A stretch of 32,617 nt of DNA from Octopus bimaculoides. Taxonomy: Eukaryota. This document shows, in pieces, positions 1 through 12,015 of this stretch. Position 1 is the first letter of the stretch. Each line of letters opens with the position of its first letter. Under the pieces are notes generated by a model. That model was given only the letters and a program-made list of their open reading frames with translations. It did no database searches and was not told where the DNA came from. The translations under genes were made by a program, and so were the position numbers. The stretch covers positions 26,210,883-26,243,499 of the forward strand of contig NC_068994.1 in NCBI RefSeq assembly GCF_001194135.2. The letters are read 5' to 3'.

Positions 1-45
<45 letters not shown>
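1..45. repeat. (AC)n/(AT)n microsatellite
   Basis: Direct reading of the sequence. Confidence 0.95.
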
Positions 46-479
46 ACCTGAAGGAAATACAGGAGGAAAGAGAGAGTGGGAGACTTCAGGATGGAGATAG
101 TGGCAAAATGTTGGTCATACTCACAAGGAATGGGGATCAGAGTATAAATGAGATGGTTGAGTAAAGGAAGAGAGAGATATAGATAGTGGCAAGTGCCAGG
201 GCATACCCTTGAGGTTTGAACACCATAATATAAGTGACAGGATATTGCAAAGGTAGTGCGATTAAAGAATGTAAGTGGCGAAAGACTTGGGTTATATACA
301 GAGTTGGAAGGGCTACCAGATAGCAATGATACAGAGGAACAGGAGTGTAAGGAGAGGATTAGGGGAGTGAGAAATAGGCATAGTGAATGAAGGAGGAAAT
401 GCAAGAAAGGGCTGTATTTTCTTTCTGGTAGCACACCTGTTTCTGTCTTTATTCCTGATCTTTCTGTCTCCAGCTGGGT

Positions 480-936
480 AACCTTGTACTTCGTCTATAG
501 CAAGACACCTGTATCTGTCTCACTATAACTTTTTCCTCATCACCTCCTTCAATACCTCCTCCCCTTTTAAAAGTTTTCGTCTTGCAAGTACTTGGTGACT
601 GTGTCAGTGCAGGTGCCACTTAAAAGCCCCAGTCCACACTGTAAAGTGGTTGGTGTTTGGAAGGGTATCCAGCTGTAAAAACCTAGCCAAAACTGACCTT
701 GCCTGTGCTTGTGCCATGTAAAAAGCACCACTCACCTCGCCTGTGCTGGTGTCACATAAAAAGCACTAAGTCCACTCTGCTGAGTGGTTGGTGTTAGGAA
801 GAGCATCCAGCTGTAAAAACCCTGCCAAAACAGTCACAGAAGTCTGATGCAAGCTTTGGTCTGGCCAGTGCTTGTGATACCATCCCACCCATGCTAGTAT
901 GGAACACGGATGTTAAATGATGATAATGATGATGAT
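480..936 (+). mobile_element. Interspersed repeat with RTE-LINE-like 3' tail ending (GAT)n; carries an internal duplication
   Basis: Motif GTGGTTGGTGTT(T/A)GGAAG(G/A)G(T/C)ATCCAGCTGTAAAAACC occurs twice (~601-693 and ~739-831). Ends CCCATGCTAGTATGGAACACGGATGTTAAATGATGATAATGATGATGAT. The same tail recurs at ~3870, 16690, 26820 and 31990. 5' boundary approximate. Confidence 0.7.
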
Positions 937-1004
937 ATATATATGCGTGCATACAGATATTTATGCATATTCATAACCTAAATAGAACAAGATCTATTTA
1001 CTTT

Positions 1005-1220
1005 GACCAAATCATCATCACCATCATGTTGTTGTCGTTGGCATCATAATCATCATCATCATCATTGTCGTCATCGGCATCATGGTTGTCGTCGTCATTG
1101 TCATCATCATCACTATCACAATCATGATCACTACCGCCTAACCACCAACAACACAACCACCACTACTACAACTAACACAAACAATACCAAAATTACTACC
1201 AATAATTCCATGATTTTGTT
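1005..1220. repeat. Low-complexity (CAT)/(CGT)/(CAA)/(CTA) trinucleotide tract
   Basis: Direct reading; accounts for the His/Cys/Thr/Asn-rich ORF at 1003-1356. Confidence 0.85.
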
Positions 1221-1375
1221 CAACAGAAGATACAATACAATGACTGTAATGTTTAGAAGGAAGATGGCAGTGAAGGGAAAAATAAAGGAGAGGAATATAC
1301 GTAGAATAGAAGGTACCATAACAATAACAACATATATACATATACCATACACATAACATCACTTGCAACAAGACA

Positions 1376-1594
1376 GATTCTTTTCTATTCTAGGCACAAG
1401 GTTCAAAATTTTTGAAGAGGGGGCTAGTCTATTAGATCGACCCTATTACGCAACTGGTACTTAATTTATCGACCCTGAAAGGATGAAAAGCGAAGTCGAC
1501 CTTGGCAGAATTTGAACTCAGAATGTAAAGACAGACGAAATACCGCTAAGCATTTCGCCCAGCGTGCTAACGTTTCTGCCAGCTCACTGCCTTC
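1376..1594 (-). mobile_element. tRNA-derived SINE, family 1
   Basis: Minus strand reads GGCAGTGAGCTGGCAGAAACGTTAGCACGC (A-box-like), GAGTTCAAATT (B-box-like), then the central GGTCGACTT..TTTCATCCTTTCAGGGTCGATAAATTAAGTACCAG, and a tail ending AGAATAGAAAAGAAT. Candidate TSD CAACAAGACA at 1366-1375 and 2199-2208. Confidence 0.85.
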
Positions 1595-2051
1595 NNNNNN
1601 NNNNNNNNNNNNNNNNNNNNNNNNNNNNNNNNNNNNNNNNNNNNNNNNNNNNNNNNNNNNNNNNNNNNNNNNNNNNNNNNNNNNNNNNNNNNNNNNNNNN
1701 NNNNNNNNNNNNNNNNNNNNNNNNNNNNNNNNNNNNNNNNNNNNNNNNNNNNNNNNNNNNNNNNNNNNNNNNNNNNNNNNNNNNNNNNNNNNNNNNNNNN
1801 NNNNNNNNNNNNNNNNNNNNNNNNNNNNNNNNNNNNNNNNNNNNNNNNNNNNNNNNNNNNNNNNNNNNNNNNNNNNNNNNNNNNNNNNNNNNNNNNNNNN
1901 NNNNNNNNNNNNNNNNNNNNNNNNNNNNNNNNNNNNNNNNNNNNNNNNNNNNNNNNNNNNNNNNNNNNNNNNNNNNNNNNNNNNNNNNNNNNNNNNNNNN
2001 NNNNNNNNNNNNNNNNNNNNNNNNNNNNNNNNNNNNNNNNNNNNNNNNNNN
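1595..2051. other. Assembly gap, probably spurious (contig overlap)
   Basis: N run flanked by an identical 148-bp sequence (1447-1594 = 2052-2199). Confidence 0.8.
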
Positions 2052-2199
2052 TACGCAACTGGTACTTAATTTATCGACCCTGAAAGGATGAAAAGCGAAG
2101 TCGACCTTGGCAGAATTTGAACTCAGAATGTAAAGACAGACGAAATACCGCTAAGCATTTCGCCCAGCGTGCTAACGTTTCTGCCAGCTCACTGCCTTC
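2052..2199 (-). mobile_element. Exact duplicate of the SINE head at 1447-1594 (likely assembly artefact)
   Basis: Base-for-base identical 148 bp on the other side of the gap. Confidence 0.8.
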
Positions 2200-2330
2200 A
2201 ACAAGACATAGATTGCAACAAAAATGATGGTGCGTACACACAACAATAAGTGTATACATCCTATTCACACAACAGTAACATACACCTGAACAACAGAGAC
2301 ATATGTACAAACATGCACACACATACACTC

Positions 2331-2450
2331 ATTTATTCAGACACAGATGTACACAACGCACACACACACACACGCACGCACGCACGCACACATACACGCA
2401 CCACCCCGATCACCACCACTACCACCTCCAGCTGTGTAACCACCATCAAC
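2331..2450. repeat. CA-rich / (CAC)n low-complexity tract
   Basis: Direct reading. Confidence 0.8.
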
Positions 2451-2799
2451 CTCATCTTCAAATTGACAACAGTGAAAACATGAAAGTCCAATTAAAGATA
2501 TGAAGAATAATGTTCATGATTGTTGTCAGAACAATCACTTCATGTCTACCATTGTTATCCACCATTTTGGCACTCCTCCCTCTACTCAGCCTATTGTATT
2601 GCAGATATTGGAACCATATCTCCAGTGTCTGTGGAGAACCCAGTGTGTATTAGCAAAATCCACTGTATTACAAACATTGTAATATTGCCTGGGTCAGGAT
2701 TAACCCAGTATTTTGATGTGTTGTTACTTCATACTGTTGTAACCAATGGCTTGTGGTTTCTTTCTGAGTTTAACTTAAACTTCTTTTAGAGGTCATGGC

Positions 2800-3045
2800 T
2801 GCTGCTACTACATCATCAACATCACGACAACAGAAATTCTTCTACAAAATCATCACCACTACAACAGCTATTACAATACTAGCACTTTTACAACAACAAC
2901 ACCACAACACAACTACAGCACCAATGTCACTACAAAACCAACACTGCTACAGCCCAACACCACCACAATACCAGCATCATTGCAAAACATCATCACTACA
3001 ATACCAAAACTGCTACAATACCAGCACTAGTACAACACAAATTAC
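2800..3045. repeat. Degenerate (CAA/CAC/CTA) trinucleotide low-complexity tract
   Basis: Direct reading; accounts for the Thr/Gln-rich ORF 2795-3109. Confidence 0.75.
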
Positions 3046-3669
3046 TCAGGCTTTTATTCAGACAAGTATATATAGGAATATATTAACTAATTTGTCTGTT
3101 TGTTTTTAAGATAGAAGGGTATTATTTGAATGAGATTTGGTAGCTATTTCTGGTAGGATTTCATGAATACATTAGAGACACTCTCTCATTAGTTCAGTTT
3201 CAATGAGATATTGTTATTATTAAGCCTCGGGTCAGCTCTAATCCAACTGACCTATAATCTAAGATGTTCCAGTAGTGCTCTTCCAATCATTTGTTCCCAA
3301 ACACTATAAAGAACAACATTGACTAACAACTTCCTCTTAAAATAACAGGTAATTTGAAGGAATCAATCCTCCTTTCTGAGCCACTTCTTTCTCTCTCACC
3401 TTATGCTCTCCATATTGTTATTTCCCATCAGCTGCTCTGCCACTCTTATTCATCACTCACTATATTCATCTCTACCCCCATATCTAACCATCTGTTACTC
3501 TCCTCTCACTCTCCTGAAACTATCCTCCTCTTCCCACCTTCCCAATCCACTGTCCGTATCCTCTCTTATCCACACCTCTTTGTACCTCAAGAGTTTGCTC
3601 TAGCACTCCATCAGTACCACCTTTAACTTCTTCCCATTCACTAGCCCACCTTTATATCATGTGGGGTAG

Positions 3670-4052
3670 CCATGTGTCTTCTCTATAGCAAGATACCTGT
3701 GATTGGTCTTTTATCATACTTTAGCTTCTCAGCACCTAGTATAAAACCATCCAACTTCTCAAATACTCTCCTTCCACTCACTTTGTTATGGGGTCTTTTT
3801 GCCTGTTCTCTTTTTGTCTTGCAAGTTATTAGTCCTCACTAGTGCTGAAGGCATGAAACAAATCACCTGGTATACACTGTAAAATGATTGACATTAAGAA
3901 GAGCATACAGCAGTAGATGCCATACCAAAAAATGACATAGGAGTTTCATGCAGCCCTGCAGCTTGTTGGATCCTGTCATAGCATCCAACGCATGTCAGTA
4001 TGGGAAACAGACAATATGATGATGATGATGATGACAATGACAATGATGATGA
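3670..4052 (+). mobile_element. Older copy of the RTE-tailed interspersed repeat
   Basis: Shares CTATAGCAAGA(T/C)ACCTGT and GTCTTGCAAGT with 480-936, then GAAGAGCATACAGC..CATGTCAGTATGGGAAACAGAC and a (GAT/GAC)n tail. Preceded by a pyrimidine-rich tract (3354-3660). Confidence 0.6.
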
Positions 4053-4305
4053 CAATGATTTGGTGGCTATTTCTGCTAGGGTGAATGACCACATGAAGGC
4101 CTCTCTCTTTAACTTGGTTCTAATTAATTACAATGTTAGCTCTTGTCCCATTACCCTAAAACTTTTCCTTTGATATGCACATCAATAAAACCATATCTTT
4201 GAAATATTTCCAGCCCTGAGCACTTTTTTTATTGTCAATTATAATCAGTTAGGATTAGTTATCATATGTCTTCATTCTTAGTAATTACAGTTGTATTAGC
4301 ATTAT

Positions 4306-4329
4306 CACACACACACACACAGACACACA

Positions 4330-4372
<43 letters not shown>

Positions 4373-4385
4373 ACACACACACACA
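4306..4385. repeat. (CA)n microsatellite
   Basis: Direct reading. Confidence 0.95.
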
Positions 4386-4416
4386 GAGAGTAACTACTAT
4401 ATTCTTTTTCTTCTAC

Positions 4417-4463
<47 letters not shown>
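4417..4463. repeat. (TTA)n microsatellite
   Basis: Direct reading. Confidence 0.95.
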
Positions 4464-4760
4464 GGTTGTCACACATATTTACTAGATTAATAAAGCTGCC
4501 TGCTGCAGATAAATTATTCATTTTGACAAAGTCATTTCTCAGAACTGATTTTTCTCTCTCACAAATTACTTGTGTTTCTGTGTATTGTGAGTTCTATTGT
4601 TGTAGTGGTAATGTTGTTGTAATTGGTAGTTGTGGTGGTGATGGTGAAGGTGTTTGGTGGTGATGGTGGTGACAGTGGTGTTGGTTTTTTTTTCTCCCCC
4701 ATTTATTACTGCAGTGATATCATTTTTAGTTATAGAATTTCTAACCAGTGGTATAGACAG

Positions 4761-4866
4761 ATCATCATCGTCATCATCATCATCATCGTCTTCTTCTTCT
4801 TCTTCTTCTTCTTCTTCTTCTTCTTCTTCTTCTTCTTCTTCTTCTTCTTCTTCTTCTTCTTCTTCT
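4761..4866. repeat. Compound (CAT)n-(CTT)n microsatellite
   Basis: Direct reading; source of the poly-S/F/E/D ORFs. Confidence 0.95.
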
Positions 4867-5831
4867 GTTATTGTCATTATCGTTGCCTTAATGAGGACAA
4901 ATATGATTGATCATCATGACAATGATCTACATTGCCATTCTCACTCCCATGGTCACTATGATTATCACTGCTATCATATTAGGATAATGATGATCCTCAT
5001 CGTTGTTGTCATTGTTGCTACCATCTTCATCATCCTCATAATTTAAATATTCCTAAAGATGACAGGTGCAATCATAAACAATTAGCACCATTATTTCTCT
5101 TCCTTTGCAGTGGCAGTCACTTAGGGTCTCTGCAAAGGAATCAAATCTACTGGATATTCATTCACGGTTGTGCTCCCACTTTTCATAAGTTTTGTGGAAG
5201 CAATATTGTTTACTTGTCATCACCAAAATTTGTGACTGAATTTGACATCCCCTAGCTATCCCTAATCCTTCTGTGGAATCCATTCATTCTTCATCTCAAC
5301 AGATTAGAAGTGTTATGTCAATCCATACCATTGCATTAGGTTCTGTTATATCACCCCTCACTTCTTTCTCTATATTAATAATCTTCTTGTTACTCTAATT
5401 AACAACACACACTTCTATGGCCATGTTACAATACTTTTACTCCTTCTTAGCCTTCTATACACAGGTAAGTCAAGCATGTAACCTAAACCCATGTTTTGAT
5501 CTACACTCTGAGTCCACAAAGGTTAAACCTTAGAATCTCCTTCGTTTGGGATATGACACAACCTTGTTACTTTCAACAGTACTTAGACGTGAACACAATA
5601 CATGTAATATATGAAGTAATAAATTTTCTATTTCACCTTTGGTTATCAAACTCATAAAAGTAAAACCCTTAAAATCACTATAAATGTTTCTCACCACATC
5701 AGATGATCTCTGTGATGACCATACATATCTAAAATTGGCAAGCAATTGCATTACAATGATTATCGTACCTCTTTAGAGCCAGAAAAACACACACACACAC
5801 TAATATGTTTATTTATATATGTGAGTGTATG

Positions 5832-5835
<4 letters not shown>

Positions 5836-5892
<57 letters not shown>

Positions 5893-6245
5893 NNNNNNNN
5901 NNNNNNNNNNNNNNNNNNNNNNNNNNNNNNNNNNNNNNNNNNNNNNNNNNNNNNNNNNNNNNNNNNNNNNNNNNNNNNNNNNNNNNNNNNNNNNNNNNNN
6001 NNNNNNNNNNNNNNNNNNNNNNNNNNNNNNNNNNNNNNNNNNNNNNNNNNNNNNNNNNNNNNNNNNNNNNNNNNNNNNNNNNNNNNNNNNNNNNNNNNNN
6101 NNNNNNNNNNNNNNNNNNNNNNNNNNNNNNNNNNNNNNNNNNNNNNNNNNNNNNNNNNNNNNNNNNNNNNNNNNNNNNNNNNNNNNNNNNNNNNNNNNNN
6201 NNNNNNNNNNNNNNNNNNNNNNNNNNNNNNNNNNNNNNNNNNNNN

Positions 6246-6292
<47 letters not shown>
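5836..6292. repeat. (TA)n microsatellite interrupted by an assembly gap (N 5893-6245)
   Basis: TA repeats on both sides of the N run. Confidence 0.9.
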
Positions 6293-6294
<2 letters not shown>

Positions 6295-6724
6295 ACATAT
6301 ATATTCTTTTATTCTTTTACTGGTTTCAGTCATTTTGACTGCAGCCCTATACATACATATGTGTGTGTGTGTGTATAAACATTAATATCAAACAATGAGA
6401 ACGAATGCTCAACACCGTATTAGTGGATAAACATTCTCTATTCATGGTTTCATGTTGAGAGATATATCTCTCAGCAATTATTTATGTCTGTCACGTGGAA
6501 AGTTGTTCATCTCCATTTTGGATAAAAATACAATAAAACAATAAAATCACGTGAAATCACATGAGTTTTGGGAATAAACAAATAAATATGCATCTCAAAG
6601 GGGGAACAACTCCCAAAATATTATCTCCCTTGTATTAATTTGAATTTTATAAATATTAAGTTTGCGTTTAAATTGGTGTGCAAACGTACATATAACCATA
6701 CCTGCATTATGCATATTTAGTAAT

Positions 6725-7085
6725 TTGTATTTGCATATATGTGTGTGCATTCATTTGTTGTGAATTCATAGAATTGTNNNNNNNNNNNNNNNNNNNNNNN
6801 NNNNNNNNNNNNNNNNNNNNNNNNNNNNNNNNNNNNNNNNNNNNNNNNNNNNNNNNNNNNNNNNNNNNNNNNNNNNNNNNNNNNNNNNNNNNNNNNNNNN
6901 NNNNNNNNNNNNNNNNNNNNNNNNNNNNNNNNNNNNNNNNNNNNNNNNNNNNNNNNNNNNNNNNNNNNNNNNNNNNNNNNNNNNNNNNNNNNNNNNNNNN
7001 NNNNNNNNNNNNNNNNNNNNNNNNNNNNNNNNTTGTATTTGCATATATGTGTGTGCATTCATTTGTTGTGAATTCATAGAATTGT
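6725..7085. other. Assembly gap (6778-7032) with an identical 53-bp sequence on both sides
   Basis: TTGTATTTGCATATATG...GAATTGT at 6725-6777 and at 7033-7085. Confidence 0.8.
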
Positions 7086-7089
7086 ATAT

Positions 7090-7345
7090 TTATAAGTTTG
7101 TGCATATATTCATTCTGTGAATCATTTGGTTTCATGTGCATATGCACATATACACATATATGTGTATGCACACACTTACACACACACATACATACACACA
7201 CGTACTCACATATACACACACATAGATATACACCCATATTTATACATGCATACACACACATACATACATACATATATATACATATACACACACAAAATGC
7301 ATACATGTGTATACACACATGCACACACATCATTGCATCTGCATT
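7090..7345. repeat. CA/TA-rich low-complexity tract
   Basis: Direct reading. Confidence 0.8.
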
Positions 7346-7649
7346 ATGCACTTTGTTGTGTTTGAATGTTTACTCATAATTGTAGAGTTTCACATTTCTT
7401 TCACATATATTGATGTCCAACTTGGTTCTTGGGATTATTTCTGAGATTATGGAGTTATGGATTCATAAATGAGTGTATATCATGTGATGTCATGGGTATG
7501 TATGATGTCCATATATTTGTGTAATGAGGGAGCTCAGCATAAGTTGATGAGGGTATGTATCTTTCATACATAAAGTTCATATAATGCATATGGTTGCTGT
7601 TTAGAGAACAAAACCCTATCCAAGTTGGGTGGTGGTGGTAGCAAAGAAA

Positions 7650-8330
7650 GTAGTGGGCCCTGTTTGAAAATTAAGAGTGTGAACTGTTACTTGTGTGTGC
7701 AGGGGGAAAATGTTTCATCCATAATATTTAAAATATTTGTATTTGATGTAATAATGTTTAATTTTTCAGTGATGCAAAGTTTGGAGTTTGCTGCCCTGTC
7801 CCCTGTATTAGTTGGCCTTAGCAATAATGCTCTAGATTATGTGGGGGTTGTTCACACCTCTCTCTTTTTCCATGTCCATACCATATTGGATAAAGATGTT
7901 GTGTGTTATTTGTTTATGTCTCTAAACAAAACCAAATGCTGCATATGACTTTCTTTGAAGTTTTTTCCTGTCATTCCGATACATGTTTTTTTGTTACTCT
8001 ATACAAATTCGTGATGTTGGCCTTGTACCCCAGTTCTTTCTCCAGGCACTCATTGTTCAGCCATCTGCAGATCCGTAATTACATAGTCTTGGGTGGGGTG
8101 AAGGTTTCTAATATTGTTATCTAATGGTGATCACATACAATCGACCCTATATTGGGGAAGCAACAATAGATAACTTTAACTGTATTTCTATTGAAGATCT
8201 TAAGGTATTTGTGTCAGTGTGGGAAGTGGTTGTCTATTGATTTTAAGAATTTTCTAGCCATGTTAGTAGTTACATTTGTTACTATATGGGAGATTGCACC
8301 ATATTTTCCTCTGCCTCATTGCACAACTAT
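7650..8330 (-). mobile_element. Penelope-like element (PLE) remnant: post-RT linker and GIY-YIG endonuclease, disabled
   Basis: Manual minus-strand translation gives RKIWCNLPYS/NVTTNMARKFLKSIDNHFPH*HKYLKIFNRNTVKVIYCCFPNIGSIV, then KTCIGMTGKNFKE..TTSLSNMVW..LCITEKLNII..SPCTHK. These match typical PLE linker and GIY-YIG C-terminal motifs, with stops and frameshifts. Confidence 0.85.
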
Positions 8331-8434
8331 ATTGACATCACACATATCCATGACAACATATGATATCAGTTGCACGGTTTGGATATCCACAAATAAAGTA
8401 CTCTCGATATTAAATTTTTGTATATTAAATCTTT

Positions 8435-8822
8435 TGTGTAGTAAGTAACTTGCTTACCAACCACATGGTTCCGGATTCAGTCCCACTGCGTGGCATCTTG
8501 GGCAAGTGTCTACTACTATAGCCTCGGGCCGACCAAAGCCTTGTGAGTGGATTTGGTAGACGGAAACTGAAAGAAGCCTGTCGTATATATGTATATATAT
8601 ATATGTGTGTGTGTTCGTGTGTCTGTGTTTGTCCCCCTAGCATTGCTTGACAAACGATGCTGGCGTGTTTATGTCCCCGTCACTTAGCGGTTCGGCAAAA
8701 GAGACCGGTAGAATAAGTACTAGGCTCACAAAGAATAAGTCCCGGGGTCGATTTTCTCGACTAAAGGCGGTGCTCCAGCATGGCCGCAGTCAAATGACTG
8801 AAACAAGTAAAAGTAAAAGAGT
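8435..8822 (+). mobile_element. tRNA-headed SINE, family 2 (slightly 5'-truncated)
   Basis: B-box-like GGATTCAGTCC, body GGCAAGTGTC..GCCTCGGGCCGACCAAAGCCTTGTGAGTGGATTTGGTAGACGGAAACTG, internal (TA/TG)n, tail GACTGAAACAAGTAAAAG. Close second copy at 24636-25008. Confidence 0.9.
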
Positions 8823-8859
8823 GATCCCACACAACAAAAGCCTAAAACACTTGCACTAA

Positions 8860-10110
8860 AACACTTCCTTGTGCTAAAACACTTCCTTCTTGCACCATAA
8901 CACTTCATTGACCTTCGGCCAGCCTGATACCTCCACACTTTGTTGACCAAACTTGTCCTCTTCCTCAACTGCTTCTCGTTTGCGGAGGAATTTTACCAAC
9001 ATTTCTCAGGAGTAGCCATGGGAACGAGAATGGGCCGCAACTATGTGAACCTGTTTGTTGGCTATGTTGAGGCCCAATATACTCTCACTATTCAATGGTC
9101 CCACTACTGAGCTATGTGGTTGCTATATTGATGACTGTATCGGCGTGACCTCACTCTCCGTGAACATCTTGACTCCTTCCTCTCCTCTGTCAAATCCTTC
9201 CAGCCTGCCCTTGAATTCTCTTGCTCTGTCTCTAACTCTTCCGTCGAATTTTTTGACATTTTTGTCAACATACACCACCCCGCTCGCACCACCTCCATCT
9301 ACTACAAACACACTGACTCATGCTTCTACCTTAACTTCTCCTCCTCCTACTCTACCCACACCAAACTCCCCATCCCCTACTCCCAATTCCTCCATCTACG
9401 TAGGCTCTGCAGTGACGACCATGACTTTGTGACCCAGTCTCAACTCACCATTATCCACACTGCCCTTGCCCAGGCACAACCTGTAGACCGTGACTCTGCT
9501 CTTTCTCCTCGCACCCACCCCACCTTACCTGTCTCTAGTTTCCCCTCACCTACTACCCCTCCAATGCATCATTCTCCGAGCCTTCTGGTGACTCCAATCC
9601 AACCCCTCCACCTCACACATCTCCCCTAACCTACTCCTCTTCTTCAAACGAGCCCATAACCTGCGTGACCTCCTGGTCCACAGTTTCTTCTCTACCCCTG
9701 CCTCCCAGCCTGGCTCCTTCCCCTGCTCTCAACCATACTGTCACACCTGCCTCTACCTCTCCATCACGCCACCGACTCCAGCACCTATACTAATGTTATT
9801 TACAGCATCTCCTGATCTCTCTGTCCTTTCCTATTCATTGGTCAAATGGGACTCCGCTTTGCTGACTGGTTCGTGGAGCACGTCTGAGACATCAGACTTG
9901 GCAATGATACCCAGGTCTCGCACCACTTCTGCTCTACTGGTCATTCCCTACATGTCTGTGTTCGGACTGTCTCTGCACAGGTGCCACTCCACATACATTA
10001 GCACTGACCACTTCTCAGCACCCACACCACACACCTTCACTGTGAACAGGAATGAATTTTCTCTCTTCGTTCCTTTGCACCTTATGGGTTCAACTTACTA
10101 CCTCTCTTCA
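8860..10110 (+). mobile_element. PLE remnant of a second lineage: RT core to GIY-YIG endonuclease, disabled
   Basis: Manual translation: LVLFLNCFSF..FYQHFSGVAMGTRMG..YVNLFVGYVE, then CYIDDCIG (catalytic YIDD), TSIYYKHTDS..IPYSQFLHLRRLCSDD, FKRAHNLRDLLVHS, GSFPCSQPYCHTC, NVIYSIS*SLCPFLFIGQMG..FVEHV*DIR, IFSLRSFAPYGFN. Frameshifts and internal deletions are present. Neptune-like assignment is tentative. Confidence 0.9.
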
Positions 10111-10149
10111 TCTGACACCAACCCCACACAGATTCCCGCATGCCTTCTT

Positions 10150-11110
10150 CATTAAACTGCCTCTCTCCTCCACATACACACCTCATACTACCTGCCTTGG
10201 TACTCTCACTACACACACACCACTATACAAATATCCATACACACTGTTCAATATATTACTAACTTCACACAACATTACACCTACACCTACAAACACCTTC
10301 CCACTCCACACACCATTATCCACACATTCACACACCATTATCCATACGACCACAGACACTCTTCAATAGTGTTACCACACATACAACTATACGAGCAGCC
10401 CAACACACTGTTTAAACTCAATACATACACCACACACCATCAAGCACACTACCACATCCATACAAGCACATAATACCTGAAAACAGACAATATATACACA
10501 TACACACAACACACATAGACACAGATAATTTTTGCTCACAAAATACACCATACACATGTACAAGCACACATTAACTGCTACAAACAACACACACACACGT
10601 CTATACGTTAGCACGCCGGGCGAAATGCTTAACGGTAATTCGTCTGCCGCTACGTTTCATCCTTTCGGGGTCGATTAAATAAGTACCAGTTACGCACTGG
10701 GGTCGGTATTATCGACTTAATCCGTTTGTCTGTCCTTGTTTGTCCCCTCTGTGTGTAGCCCCTTGTGGGTAGTAAAGAAATAACACACGTCTATACGTGC
10801 GCGTGCGCACGCACACACAAAACGCACGTCACTCCACACAACACATACACTAGGTTACTTGTAGACATACACACACACAGGCCCATGCGTTTGCACACAT
10901 ACATGATAACCCCACACATACATACACATGTCCACATGCACACACATATACCTACCAGTACATGGAATACATATTGCTCCACATAATGTACACACTGGGT
11001 TACTTGTACACATACACACACACAGGTTCACATAATTTTCAACTTGCCCACACATACATATTCACACACTCACCCCCATTCACACACACACACACCATTC
11101 TCACATATAC
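10150..11110. repeat. Degenerate CA-rich low-complexity region hosting a SINE insertion
   Basis: Direct reading. Confidence 0.75.
10605..10782 (+). mobile_element. SINE family 1 copy: 5'-truncated, B-box deleted, alternative 3' tail, 16-bp TSD
   Basis: ACACACGTCTATACGT at 10593-10608 and 10783-10798. Aligns to the 1376-1594 copy except for a ~35-nt internal deletion and a different tail. Confidence 0.9.
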
Positions 11111-11404
11111 ACATACCATTCTCACATACACACACATTTGTGCACCTTAGTTCGTTGGGATCACCATTATCGTTATTATTATTATCTCCCTTTCATTCAG
11201 CCTCTTTTTCCCAGTCATCTCGTCATGTTGGACCATTGGACTCTGCACGTTATTTATGTCTCTCCGTCTTTTTTTTCCTCATAATACTTTCTGTCAAAGA
11301 GCGTAGGCTTGAAATGTAAAAGACTTTTCCATTCTTCCTAAGCATTAAACTAATACACCTGGTTGTTGTTCCTACACCTGTATTTGTCTTTTGTTTCTAT
11401 AAAT

Positions 11405-11515
11405 TTGTATATATATATATATATATATGTATAACATAAAAATAATATATATATATATGTGCATATATACATACATATATGTACATACATATATACGTAT
11501 ATACATATGTGTATA
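11405..11515. repeat. (TA)n / (TACA)-rich tract
   Basis: Direct reading. Confidence 0.85.
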
Positions 11516-11927
11516 TGGGTACAGGACGTCATTAAACATAAACAACTGGGAATACGAAAGCAACATCAAATACGAAATACAAAAACATGGAATTCGCACT
11601 TTTTTTGCAAACAATGAAAGAAACAAATGGAAAGCAAGACAAGTAGCATAAAGAACGACTATTCATCAGTTGTCAGCTGTTTATCTACTCCACATTTTGA
11701 GCAATTTGTATATATATATATATNNNNNNNNNNTGTGTTTCTTTCAGTGTTTACAAATAGCACAGAAAAAATAAATAAATAGTTAGCAGGGTAGCAAAAA
11801 TTCACACAAGTACCAAGGATATAACACCATACTTATAAAGGTAGAAACTCCAGGTTTAGGTGACAGTTTTTTGTATAATATAGATAAATAAATGGAGTTA
11901 AACGCAGGTGTTATTCAAATCTTTTTA

Positions 11928-12015
11928 CTTCCAACATATGTTTCGAAGAAAACATTGGTATTATTCCAGAAGGAATAAAATGGTGTAAAACAATGCAATC
12001 TTCTCATCAGGGAAA
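11928..12015 (-). ncRNA. Minimal type I hammerhead ribozyme motif with extended helix II
   Basis: Minus strand: TTTCC-CTGATGA-GAAGA...TCTTC-GAAAC-ATAT-GT-T-GGAAG. All core nucleotides present; helix II G10.1-C11.1 with 5 bp; palindromic helix III ACATATGT; helix I TTTCC/GGAAG. Confidence 0.75.

Noticed and set aside
49-420. Strongly purine-rich tract, possibly a minus-strand copy of the pyrimidine-rich repeat at 3354-3660 and 26400-26810
   Set aside because: Only short, weak similarity by eye and no reading frame; cannot be supported without alignment.
1509-1594. tRNA-like A/B boxes here and at 8435-8485 and 24636-24683
   Set aside because: They continue into SINE bodies and tails and no cloverleaf was supported; these are SINE heads, not tRNA genes.
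5530-5751. 73-aa minus-strand ORF, with a possible 34-nt AG/GT-bounded micro-exon
   Set aside because: No recognisable motif; the length is expected by chance in AT-rich DNA.
1003-7379. Many ORF-track entries rich in H/T/I/Y/S/F/V or containing X
   Set aside because: They are translations of microsatellites, low-complexity DNA or N gaps, with no domain signal.
11655-11700. CTGATGA on the minus strand (GACAACTGATGAATAG)
   Set aside because: No helix II followed by GAAA could be found; not a hammerhead as it stands.
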